A stretch of DNA of 64,000 nt, from contig OZ316891.1 of assembly GCA_973895155.1 (NCBI GenBank), positions 12,646,771 through 12,710,770 of the forward strand, in the 5' to 3' direction. The position numbers and the translations under genes were made by a program. How positions within the stretch are numbered: position 1 is the stretch's first letter; each line of letters begins with the position of its first letter. A model generated the notes under the pieces. That model saw only the letters and a list, made by a program, of their open reading frames with translations, was not told where the DNA came from and did no database searches. Shown one piece after another: positions 36,027 through 48,574 of the stretch. This stretch comes from Marsupella aquatica (Eukaryota > Plantae > Marchantiophyta).

Positions 36027-39013
36027 CTGTGGAAGGCACTCTGAATTGTAACAGGCAAATTTTGTTCCGTGAGTATTCTTACAATATAAATGTGCAGTAT
36101 GCTAAAGGTAGTTCTTACTATAGGGTCACATTGTCTAAACCAACTGCAGAATTTTTTCCTGTAACTCAAGGAGCAAGGTTGGGAAGTCAGACAATACCAC
36201 CCACACGAAGTCCAACAGGCTTGTTTGAGTGGTACAACTGGCACTGCACTGCACTGCACTGCCCTGCCCAGGTGGTCTGCTTAGAATCCATCTATAGTGG
36301 TTTGTTTTCATGTTCAAGGTTATGTCGTGGAGTCCCCCCACCTCTCAAAAAATGCTTTACTTCTGTTATGTTCGAAAGATGAAACCAATGGAGGCTTGAT
36401 AAATAGTATGCTCAAAATGTCTTTAAGGAATTTGGTGATCGTCTCGATGTACCCGAATATGATTAGTCACTGGAGGGAGCTTAATTTAGTAAGCTTGCTG
36501 TAATTAGAAATAAAAATGCCTTTAGTCCCTCATGACGTCTCGTTACTCTTCCCTTTACCAAATGGCCTCTTGTTTCTATCCAGGAGAGAAACTACAGTAA
36601 ATTGAATTATTTCCTGATCAAGTAAGTACATTTTCTTGTACTTGTTCAGGAAACACTTACTCCCCTCAGCAAATACGGTTCGTGGAACTCAAATTATACT
36701 GAGAGGGTCATTCAGACAGTAAATAAAAGCTAGCGAAAATTTATCCCAACGTAGCCATTCAAGGGAGACTAAGGTCACCCATCCCAGCAAGGGGGTAATG
36801 GCTGATAACCCTGGAGCCTTCTGAACCCTCTTTCTTTTGAGCTATAGTGCATCATCAGATGTTCGCTATTGGTGGAGAAACCGCACTCACAAACTGTCAA
36901 CAGATTTGTGGATGGATATCTTGCCAGATGGGTGTTTCAGTGACACAACTTGGTTTTTGAACTCCATGAAAGCTCTGATGGGAAACCAGTAACCTTGATT
37001 GACCCAGGCTGCATTGGTTACCCTACATAGCACCCTTGCAAAATGTTCCATCCCAGCCCAAAAATCTGTACACAGGAAGGGCTCCCCATACCCAGACTCC
37101 CCATGTCCGTCTGTCTCTATGCACAAGCAGAGTCTACATCTAAAAATTGTTATGTTCTAGATAAATTGCAGCCTATAGCTTCACTTTATGACTCCTTGTG
37201 CCCTCCCCAACTCACGAGCATAGTCCAAATATAACAAAACTGTTATACCAGAGAAATTACAACATATGGTCTGTCAAGTAGATCATGAACAGTCCACATT
37301 GATTGCAAATCATAGAGTAGACTGGCCTGATGCCCATCCTTTGGACATCAATATTTGTTGAGAACCAAAAAATAGGCACTTACAATTCCCACCCCCACTT
37401 TTCCTTACCATTTTGCACCTTTTTGGCCAGTTTTGTAAGTGCAAAGAGGGCTGCACTAAAATTATATGTAAGTGAAAACCCTCTATAAAATGATAAGAGA
37501 TAATTCTTTCTACTTCCACGTATTGATAAGTGCATGTCATTTTTCAGTAGAGTAAAACTTGCACTTATGAAGTATGTTCACTTTTAGGGCAGGGATGCAT
37601 AAGGAAGGATGACACAAAAATGTGAACTGAAAGAGGGCCCATTGCACATTGAGGCACTGTGCCCCCAAACCCTATTTAAGTGCACAGCGTCTTCCCATGA
37701 GTGTGCACTCAGAGAGAGCCGAGCCGAACTGTGAAGAAAGATGTTGCACCAAGACCAGCGTATTTTTTAAGGTTTTTCATTTTTAGCCAGTGTGTCAATG
37801 TTGGCTTCTCTGAGGGACAAGATTCTAGGATTATTCTCTATCAAATTTTCCTGAATTAATCATGATTGTCAGATATCCCTAGATTTAAGGAGGACCGTAG
37901 ATTCTAGCAAATATTAGCTACAAGTGGTGAACATTTTTGGGGGAGGTGCAATTTGGCGAAAATTTGCACTTAAAAAATAAGCTGACCCAGACCCTAGTTA
38001 AGTGCACACCGGATCCGGGAATGTGTGCACTTAGAGCGAGCTGAGTAGCTGACTGAAGAGTAAGATGTTGCCCAGCAGAGCCCCGCCAAATTTCAAACAC
38101 TTGACGCTCGCAGTTTACGGAACAGAGGAATACCAACATGACTATAAGCATCCGGCGTCGCCGCAAACACGACCTTCCTCCTCGCGAGTGATCGAAACAA
38201 TTGTTATACGGTACTCTAGCGTTTGACGAGCGATCGTCGTGAGAGAAAGGGGGAACGGAGCAGAGCTGGTATAATAATTTTATCGCTTTGGCCTTGCTCA
38301 GCAGGAGTTGGGAACTACCAGCGTTGAGTTGCTCGGATTTGGACCTCTGCTGCGTCTGATCTGCTCTTGCCGCGCTGCTGCTGTGCTTGACGGATGAACG
38401 GCGGGAACGTACACGGAGAATAGCGTGAGAAAGTGGTGGACAAACAGTCTCTCAATCCACCCGGACATTGCAGACGGTTTCTGAAAGTTTTCGGCGATCC
38501 TGTGGGGGGATTCGGCTCTCTGTGCTGGATGAACGCTCTTTGATAGTAAGGTAGGGTGCACATGCTTTTTCCGGATTCGGTTCTCGTGCTTGTGGTTTGT
38601 TTTTATCTCTGCTCCGCTGCCTCGCTGAATGGGAGCTCTGTGGATTACATGTGAGGGACCGCTGGGGTGTGTGGTTCTGGTATGTCGAGGGTTTAAGAAT
38701 TTCGAGGTTTGTGACGTGTTGTGTTGATTGCGATCTTTTGCGATTCGCGGGCGTGAATTTTGTTGGCGGTGTATGGAGTGATTTACTCGACATGTGCGCC
38801 GCTAGTTCGCTAGTTCGCTGGTTCTTGAAATGAGCTCGATCTGAGGCGTTTTGTTATCTTCGTTGGCAGGCATTCCCACATACACTTGTTGAACCAGTCA
38901 AGAAGGTGAAGTGGTGGTGGTGGTTTGGTTCTCCAGCTCTTCGTTTGACCTACCTTCCTTGACTAGTCAATGTGGTAGTCGCGCTTTTGCTGAATCAGAG
39001 GTTTTGCACGAGG

Positions 39014-42000
39014 ATGCCGGTCGTGCCTGTTCCTGGCGAGTTTACTGTTTGTGAAATAAATCGCGATTTATGTAAGCTGTTCCGACTCTTTGAACAAGGA
39101 CTACATTTCTTACTTTGGAGGGGAAGCAAGGTCTATCTGTTTCGGTAGAATCTCTCTCTTGCATTTTTTCCTCTGGTAGCATCTATGAGTCCGACAACTT
39201 GATACTTCGTCCAATTACGATTAAGCCGTTCCCAGGACACTCGATTGTACAATGCGAGAAGTTCTGTGTTCTTAACATCAACTGGCTACAATCTGAATCT
39301 GAAGTCAATCCTGTACCCTTGCTTACAGTGACCAGGAAGGATGATGCTGATAAGACTGCACAAGACGCATACGTCAAAATTTTGGTGCGTACAGAGTACC
39401 TCTGAGAGACCACCACTATGGCAGTTCTGGCTTTACTCTACTGTTTAACGCAAGTTTTTGAGCGTGCCCCACCATCCGCTTATGAATTATATAGCCGGCT
39501 AAATTAGAGAGTGCTGGCTTTGACTAAAGCCTGCGCTTGTCTTTTCGTCCTCAATCTCAATTATTGTTTTCATGCTTCAGGGTCGGGTCTTTTCAAGCAT
39601 TCCGTTCCGGGTGACCCAGGCGGAGAATGGTTTCCGTAATGGTCATGGCAGCAACTCGTACTATGAGGAGGACCAAGTTAGGGATGGTAGAGAAGGAAGC
39701 TCGTCTTATTATGATTCGCCAGTTCCTAGTACTAGCGAGCGGGAAGGAGATGTCGTTGTGGAGGAAGACGGTCCACGGGCTTTTTTAGCTAAGCAGCTGT
39801 CAAGTGCTAAACAATACGGGAACTTAATCTACCACGCTGTGGTGGCTCCTCCTCCTGAGGTGAGACTTGAGAGTCCTGGACTAAGCAGGGTTAGAGTACG
39901 GGCGAGAACTGGAGAAACTTTCGTTGTATTGGATCCCGAATGATTCTAAATCCGATGGAGACATTCGTATCTGTATGCTTGCAAGAATGATCATGCCGAG
40001 CAGAAAAGCGTCCAGTGTAATCACGAAATTGGTGAGGAGGTGGGAGGATCGGCCATGCGTTTGTAGCAGAGAGATGGAAAAATGGTTTCGAGTAATATTT
40101 GCTACGTGATCGGGCTGAATAATTTACTGTAATGAAGTGTAGCTCTAGTCATCCCTGTTGCTAACCTGCATTAACTCCACTTTACAGCTGTTGTACAAAT
40201 AGTACTCGTAGTTCTGCTTAGCCCATCCAACGATACAGTGACGGGCCGTGAAGTCGATATCGAAATATCGTGATCATGTGGAGAGGTTTGAATTGCTTCT
40301 TGAATTAGTTGACTCCGCTTCTTTGAGATGTAAATCTTAAGGAGGAAACAGCTTAATTTGACTATGGTCGAAGCCAGTATGAAAGTGAATTGCATACGTC
40401 TTCATCCTAAGGTTAATCGTTGCACTAACTAAACAGTTCCCCTGGTACGAATGCTCTGAACTCAACATCTGCTCCATTTTGTCATAATCATACAAGCTCC
40501 GAGTCAGTTTATGGTGTCCCTCCTCAAACAGGAACCGCACACCTCTCTGAATGACCATGGATCACGGCCTCAAGCTTCCAAATAATGGTTGTAGTAATAG
40601 ACCTGCTTGTCTTGTTCAGGACTGTTGAAAAATATGTCTATAGTACTTGAGAATCCCTCTCATCTTAGCCACTGGAAGTTTCTTATGCTTAAAGATTGGG
40701 CACTACGTGAATATGTAAGTTCTGGAAATGCAGGTGTTGGGAGAGGAAATTTTCCCTTGACTTATTCTCCCGAGTTTAGTGGGAGGGAAAGATGAGTTTG
40801 TATGTCGAAATATCCTCTTCATAACATGGGTCGTCAGAATACTATGAGGACACTGCCTTATTGCCTTGGGCCGGAGAAACAGTGGCTACTATCTAAAGAA
40901 TTCCTCCGTCTCAAGATCATTGACCTGTCTTTCTAATGAACTACGCTCGTTGTGGTGTGTCTCACAAGCTTCCCTTTTGGCTTTGATTCTCTGCAGCCTC
41001 AAATTACCTTCAACTCTGATCGTTTTCAAGCAATCAACTGGCATAAACATAAGCAGTGGCTAGCATTTATCGCGAGTGGTGACCAAGTTCTCGTTTATGA
41101 CTTTGAGGACCCAGGTGCAGACTTTGGGTCATCTCCACTCTTCCCACCCCAGTTATCCGTAATTTCTTCGTATCATGTTCTGATCGTGGCCTTGATAGTT
41201 CAACAATTCACTGAACCTCGCTATCTCTAAGTTACCCAGCATGGTTTTGGGCTGAAGAAAATCGATGCCCCTTGAAACGTTCTCTCTTAGTTAAAGCCAT
41301 GAGCAGCTCTCGTTCGTCATAGACACATGGTAGTTTTCTGATTGGAGAGCACGATGAGGTTTTACGTGGCTTTGCATGCTCTGAGCCATCGTTGTGTCCA
41401 AATTTGTTTTTTGCATACTCTCAGATGGCTCCTTCGTTCTTCAATACTGTCCTGGTGATGGAGTGATGCTACTGATCTGCATCTTATTCCCATAATATTT
41501 GTTTCCACCACTAGTTCTCGAAATAGTGACTTGATTGTGGAATAATTTTGACCGCGGGCGACATCTGTAATTCATGCAGACGCAAGAGATCCGGCAGTGC
41601 TGACGTGTGATTCTCAACAGTTTGTTGAGGCTGTAGAGTGGCGACCAAACAGTGGAGCTACCTTGGCTGTCGCTTGCAGGTGGGATCAGCCTTGTTTATA
41701 ACCTTTGTTTCTGATGTCATTCTCCAGATTCTGTAGGTTCGAGGATGTGGTTCCGAATGTGTCTCATATGACGGTTTTATTGATCTCAATGTATTTGGAA
41801 GGTCAATTAGATTCACTTTTCTTAGTATGCAATTTTCATTGGTCTTATGAATGCCCAGGAAAGATAAGGAATTCGAAGAACCCATACTGTCCAAATCTAT
41901 TTATATACTTCCTGGTAAAAAATGAACAATCCTAATTCGTTCTCGTTTGTACTCTGTTTCTCAGGTGGGGTGTCTGCATATGGAGTGCCTCATTTCCAGG

Positions 42001-45000
42001 CAATGTGGCACCTGTCCGACCTGGAGTTGTGTCTATTATGGGAACACCGATGAGGGGGACCGGGGCTCGTTGGTCCTTGGTGGACTACTTGAAGAGCACT
42101 GATAAGAAACCCGTGACATCTATGTCCTGGAGCCCCGATGGAAGATATCCTGTCCAGCGTGATTTTTCGTGAATTTAAGGTTCGCTGCGTCTTGTGTCTT
42201 CAAAAGAAACTTGGGCCCTATGGAACCACACGTTTCCTAACTGGCTGTCCATTTTGTGGGTCGTTGAGATTGAAACTGCGAGTTTGCCTTGTGTGCCTTC
42301 AATATGTATCACTGCGAGTGTGTTGTTGTGGAGATGGTATCTGAATTTATCTCCAGCAATCTTCATAAATTGGACTCTCTTGACAAGCACACATTACTTG
42401 CAACAGCATCTAGATATGGTTCAGCGATTACTATTTGGGATGCTGCATTAGGTACGTTCCATGAGCTTGGCGCCTTCTCAAATCTGAATATCATAGCCTC
42501 ATAACGTTTTCTAACCATGGTTACTAAATCCCTGACCTATGTACCGTAAATAGTGTCCTTGTATGCGCTCGTATGGAACCACTACCCCTGTAAAAACTCC
42601 TCACAGCTGGGTGTGTTGTTTTGGAGTTGGAGTAAATTGTTCATAGCGTTAGTACCTTTCTTTTGCGTGAGCGGTGATTCTGAGCAGTGTTGTCCCGGCA
42701 CTGGCTAGGGCAACTTATTATTGATTTGATATGGCAACTGTGGTCTGCTGGCGTTCTAGTAGTGCTCCTGCTACCTTGTGACTTTGTCTCCAATTAATTT
42801 TGCGTCCCTACAATCCCTGGAACTGGTCATTTCTATTTGTGATGGTAGCCTCAGTTACGTGTAGCTGTTCTTCATTTTGCTGGTGGGAACAGGGATCGGG
42901 ACCCCTGTGAGGCGAGGTTTTGCTGGAATCTCGTTGCTAAGATGGTCACCTACTGGGGATTATCTGTTCTCTGCCAAAACGTAAGAGATTGCCGAACTTT
43001 CCATGCTAGGTCGTGATAATGTGGTAATCTAATTAGCTGCACGAGTTCGATTAAGTTTACTGCTGGTCAACTTATAGGGAGTCACAAATTTACTACACCG
43101 ATATCGACATTTAGTATGGATTGGAAATTAGTCTGGGCTGGAATTTATTGTGGAAATTCTCTTGTAAAGGTTTTCAGCTTGGCTATACTGGTATGACACG
43201 ATATTTATCTTTGAGGTATGGTGAGGTTCAACTTAAAGTTACTTGGAAACCTCGTTCTAGCCTAACTCAGAATTAGTGTGGACCTGACTAAATTATGTGT
43301 AGATCTCATTTTCATACAGCTTAAAAATAGTTTGGAACGGATTAAATGTTGTGGAGGGCGTAGCTGTTCAAAAGCTTCTGTGTATCTGCTACTAAACGTT
43401 TTCCCGAGGTCCGAGATGTACTTTCACAAGTTGAGTATCAGTATGGCATTTCAATTCGCTCTTTTAGTACTGGCTTGAATATGTTTTGGTGTTCATGCGT
43501 AGCAGAAATGGAGCGTTTGATTTGTGGGAGACTAATCAGTGGACATCAGAACCGTGGTCTGTCTCAGGTGGCAACATTGTGGTAAGTGTTCCCTTCACCC
43601 TCGTGTATGTCCAGAGCATGGGATGAGGAAATTTGATGTCAAGTTCACGCGATGTAATGTCTGAGATTTTGCCATGTTAAATGCGAATGTGTGCAACTGC
43701 CATGAACTATAACCGTCTCGGGAAATCTATCGTCCTCAGATGAGGAATCTGTGTAACGAAAAGTCGGTCGTCCAGCTTTGTGAGTAGTATTACTACATTA
43801 ATGTCAAATCAAACTATAATAACAATCTAATTGAGCGTGAGATACCTACTGTTAACAACTGTTATTGTAACAATAGTTATCAAGAGCAGTTATTGTTGCT
43901 TTTGAAGTTCCTGGTTTCTTAGAGTGATCACTTTGTTGAACATTACACTTGTGTATCGATCTGAGCCGTGCATGGGAGCAGGTGGTACTGAATCCTTTCA
44001 CTTTCTGAAATACCTTTGAACACAGATCTGTGAAGGTGTTGAGATGAAGCGGATATTCTGTAACGACCTCTTAGAAGTCCCCATTTCTTGGCACTGACGT
44101 TAATATGAATGCGGCAATTGACTATGCAGAGTGCTATGTGGGGACCAGACGGGCATGTACTTCTAATTGCTTTTGATAAAAGTACAAATCTGGGCACGAT
44201 TTATTTCCCAAGTCGCCCACCATCATTAGGTTTGTCTATTGTCTAATTTCCCCAACCTTTCCCCAAGAAAGAAACACTTATAAAGAGTGCCAGTGCTTAG
44301 CTGAATCGAAAAGAATAATGTAGGATCTTTACGGCCACTTTTTTTTTTTTTCCAAAGTCAAAATCCATTTCGTGATGCAATACCACTGGGTCGTTGTGGT
44401 ATTTAATGCCATCAAGTGCGAGTATAATGTAACCATACTCAAAACTTCTATTGATGCAGATGTACATCTCTTACCGTTGGAGTTGCCTGAAATTGGTGCC
44501 ATCATTGGAGGGTCAGGATCTATCCCATACATCTGTAACATTGCCTTTCTGAACCGCTAATCAGCTCATGTGTGGCGAAACGTCTCAGTGTAACTAGTCA
44601 AGTATTAGATATTTCTTAAGCTGCAAGCACATCTTCTTTACAGGTAAAAGGCATCGGGTATGATTGGTTACTGTCTTACCACCTATATGACTGATGCAGG
44701 AAAGGTAACATTGAAAAAATAGCATGGGACGGTACCGGAGAAAGGCTCGCTATCTCTTACACTGGAGGCGATGCAGCCTACAGCGGACTTATAGCCATTT
44801 TTGATACAAGAAACGCTCCCATAATTTCTACTACATTTCTGTAAGTTAAGGGCAATATCGGCAATATGTAAGTTAAGTTAGCCGTTATATGTCCATTTTC
44901 CTCTAGGAATTGTCCAACTACTGCGCAGTTGCCCTGATCAATCTACCTTATTGCGCTGAAAGTCATAAATTAACATATTTTCTTCTTTGATTTCTGTTGT

Positions 45001-45566
45001 CTGCACCAGAGGATTCATTCGGGGTCCTGGAAATGGTGTGAAGCCCTTGGCCTTCGCATTCCACAACAAGCTGAGACAAGGCGCTCTTCTTGCTGTGGTC
45101 TTTCTCTTTCCCGCCCTTCTCTGTTTTTGATTCTATCCTGCACTCTGCATCAGCAGTAATCTTTTACTCAGAAATTGAATCGGAGTGATCCCCACAAAGC
45201 ACCAACGTCCTATAATTATTAAGTCAACTTCGTAGCACCCGGACACTGCCTCCCTGTTGCCAATCATAAGGCTGTTCGTGTGATGGAACCCACCACTGAA
45301 TTATGCTTGGGATGGTACTCTTGCTCTTATCTTTCCATCACGATTGTGAATTTTTTCAACTGACTCTTGGATGATGATTCGTGGCATGTATGTATACGAT
45401 GATAATGTCGGGAATGGATCCAGCTTTATACAATTCTGAAAATGTTTCCAATAAGCAAAGCATGCCTTCCAGAACCTAATTCCCTTTCATGATGTTTGTT
45501 GGCGTGCAGTCCTGGAGTAGCGGAATATGTTGCTCTTACCCATTGTTGTTCAGAGCACACAAGTGA
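39014..45566 (+). CDS. AAAS: Aladin (AAAS-like) WD40 nucleoporin, ~14 exons, including one AT-AC intron
   Basis: Start MPVVPVPGEFTVCEINRDL; INWHKHKQWLAFI, EWRPNSGATLAVAC, SWSPDGRLLATAS, LRWSPTGDYLFSA, WETNQWTSEPW, IAWDGTGERLA, GFIRGPG, WSSGICCSYPLLF; exons join in frame. Confidence 0.87.
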
Positions 45567-45646
45567 TTTCTAAGCAAGGGAGATTTATAAGTGTGGACCT
45601 GCACACAAGTGATTTCTTAGCAAGGGAGATTTATAGGTGTGGACCT
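45555..45646 (+). repeat. 46 bp tandem duplication spanning the Aladin stop codon
   Basis: gcacacaagtgatttct(a/t)agcaagggagatttata(a/g)gtgtggacct twice, 2 mismatches. Confidence 0.85.
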
Positions 45647-47980
45647 AACTGTACCCCATCTGGCAGTCCAGTTGGGATTACTTCATGTAGATGTTTCCTG
45701 CTTTCGATATAACATGATAGAATTGCGGAGTGGACTTCAGTATCACAACTGACGACAATAGTTGTTCGGGCACCATTGTCTGTCTTTGGAGACCTTACTT
45801 TGCATGATGCGTTCCACCGTCTTGAAGTCAGACACTGGCAGTAAGGCCGAATTATCAGTTATGGCTCTCAGTCCCCAGGTCCCTTCACTCGCCACTCTTT
45901 CCTGCGATGTAGATGAAGCTTATCGAATGGTTTTAATTAGCCTCGTCACTCTTTTCTCCCCACTCGTCTGTCCCTCTTGAACAGATGGTTGGAAGTAGCT
46001 CAACTTTGGGGTATGACAATACGACTGGCCACTGCGTTCGACATTGCTTTCAAATTGATTGCCACGAGGTGGCCCGTCTAAGGATGTCTACTTCTGGGTT
46101 TCGACCTTTAAGAGAGCTTGTAGGCCCTCAGGGACTCGTCTCAAATTTGTGGGTCTTCACTTTTCGTAGCGTAGGATACAATTTTGGCTCTTATCAACCT
46201 ATTTCAACCGCCCCACAACCCCTACCTCTGTAACCACTTCAGAGATGTTCTCTTAGTATTTGCTGAAGCATTATACGCAAAATCAAGGAGGTCGAGGCAT
46301 CCGTTGGATTTTATATCATCATAACTCCTCGTCTTTGCTGAGGTTTAAAGCTTCTCTTTTTGAGACAAATACGCTTAATGTACTTTTGGTTAGCCTGGTG
46401 ACTCAACATTCTTGGCATTTGATGTTGAGGTGGGACCATGACATTTAACCTTATAACTCAAGTAGACCATTTGTTGATGTTCTCGTGTAATATAAACCAG
46501 GGGGCCCGCAAAGAGGGTTGATCTCAATAGCTAAACTTAGCATTAAGCAAATGTGCGAAAATACAATTAGGAAAATACTTTCCTGTCAGTGTAAGCCATC
46601 ATGACAATCAGTGGGGTCTAATTATAACAAGTTTACATGCCATTCAACAAAGTATTGCAGACAAATACATCCTGGGACCTTGTTGGGCCCCCATCACAAC
46701 TACTGAACAACGTTGGGTGTTAATTCGGTGAGGCGGTATTTAAGATCAATGCGGGAAGTTTGGTTAAAATAGTGTAGATCACTTTGAGGTTTTTCTGGAG
46801 AAAGTATAATCTGTGGGAGGAAAAAGAAATTTATCCTGATTCTTGTATGGGATCTCCATCCGATCCCATACAAGACCCCCAAATGCGCTTTGTATACTGG
46901 TCAAGTGTTTGCAACTTGAAAAGGCCTTTCCAACTACAAGTGCCACTACTTTAGTTTTGACTATTTTTCAGAGTCAGGATTAGTAATATCTGAGGACAAG
47001 GCATGATGTTTGGACGTAAGGGTTGATCCATAGCACATGTGGCAAACATAAACTAGCTGGGTCACCTAGCTGGGTCCCTTCCTGTCACTATAAAAATAGC
47101 TCCCACAGAAGAAATTTTAAAAAACATTGATCCTAGCAATAAATTGAAGCCCAGATGGACCTCCATGTTTACCAAAAGTCTGGATGGACAGGAGTGAAAC
47201 CTTCTCTCCTGATCATATAGTAAAAATACTACACCAATGGTTGAAGTGTGATAAGGAAATGAGATAGTTGACTTTGGAAATTTGTAGATCTCTCTTTTTT
47301 AAATGAATTTGACAAAATCAAACTTGTCAGAAATATCTTTCCAATCAAAACTTCAATAACCTAGAAAAATCAGCTTCCATTGGAGATGGAGAAACATGTT
47401 GAATTCTAAGTTAGTTCCTCAAAATCTGTTGGGAAGCACAAGTGTGGACAGTGAGTGATCTTCTCTCATTTCTTCGTGACAACATAGATAACAGACTGGT
47501 TCCAAGTTGCTACTTACGGGCCCTAGAAGAGACTGTTCCATTTGGTATCAGGTCTGAATTGAAGGTCAAACTTTGTTGTTGAAAATAGTTTGGAATAGAT
47601 AAGGGTGTCAACTAGAGGAAAAAAAAAGGGTGTCAACTAGAGAAGAAGGTATTGAAGTGTCATTGTCCTTCAAGGTTGCATGGTTCACAGCCTCGCTTGA
47701 TGGGAGCATCATTTATGCTAGCATCAACTTCCAAAAAACATCTTCTCTACAGTCTCTATTGTCCATAAGTGGAGTACCCAAAAATCCAGTTTTGCACAGG
47801 TCCAGGTTGACTCTCACCAAAAGACATATACATAAGTGTATTTCTGTCTATAACCTTACTCGTGCATTCATCAGTTACTGCAACGCATACACAAGAACCA
47901 TTTATTGGTAAGTGTACCAAACAATTACACAAAGTTTTATGCACTTGTCCCAGTTGAATCATGCACTTAGTGTGATTTGT

Positions 47981-48362
47981 GATAACACATATGAGTAAGT
48001 GCATAAACAATATTATCCTGTGCACGTACACTTACAGAATAGCGGATAAGTGCAGGTTTAGGGGTCTGTTTGCAAGAGCCTCCAGTTACATTGTAGACTG
48101 TACGTGATTTGGGATAACACATATGAGTAAGTGCATAAGCAATACCTGTGCACTTACACTTACAGAATAGCGGATAAGTGCAGGTTTGGGGGTCTGTTCG
48201 CCAGAGCCTCCACTTACATTGTAGACTGTACATGAATTGGGATAACACATATGAGAAAGTGCATAAGCAATATCCTGTGCACTTACACTTACAGAATATT
48301 GGATAAAGTGCAGGTTTGGGGGTCTGTTCGCGAGAGCCTCCACTTACATTGTAGACTGTACA
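47981..48362. repeat. Three tandem ~130 bp units just upstream of TSR1
   Basis: Units start gataacacatatgag at 47981, 48113, 48241 and share acacttacagaata, ggataagtgcaggttt, gagcctcca, ttacattgtagactgtac. Confidence 0.9.
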
Positions 48363-48433
48363 GTAGGGTTGGGTTGACGTGTACAGTCAGTACACTACTC
48401 TACAGCAAACCCTCCGAAGAAGGGAACACGCGA

Positions 48434-48446
48434 TTTAGGGTTAGGG
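48434..48446 (-). promoter_or_regulatory. Telo-box-like motif upstream of TSR1
   Basis: TTTAGGGTTAGGG ~130 bp before the ATG; telo-boxes are established in plant ribosome-biogenesis promoters. Confidence 0.45.
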
Positions 48447-48574
48447 CTACTGCTTCACCCCTTATGAGGGATGAAAGTTCTACATACAGTGTGATTATTA
48501 GCAGGGAGCTGGTAAAGAACTGCGATTTCTCGGTTTGAGCATGCGATAGGAAACAGCTTCCGGCAGAGGACGCA

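Noticed and set aside
40607-40795. Extra Aladin exon
   Set aside because: Flanking exons (ending 39859, starting ~40997) join in frame without it and the peptide shows no Aladin similarity
47540-47555. PBS-like TGGTATCAG
   Set aside because: No identifiable LTR pair or coding remnant around it
47756-48343. Repeating short ORFs / possible CRISPR-like array
   Set aside because: Contiguous ~130 bp tandem units with no unique spacers, in a eukaryotic context
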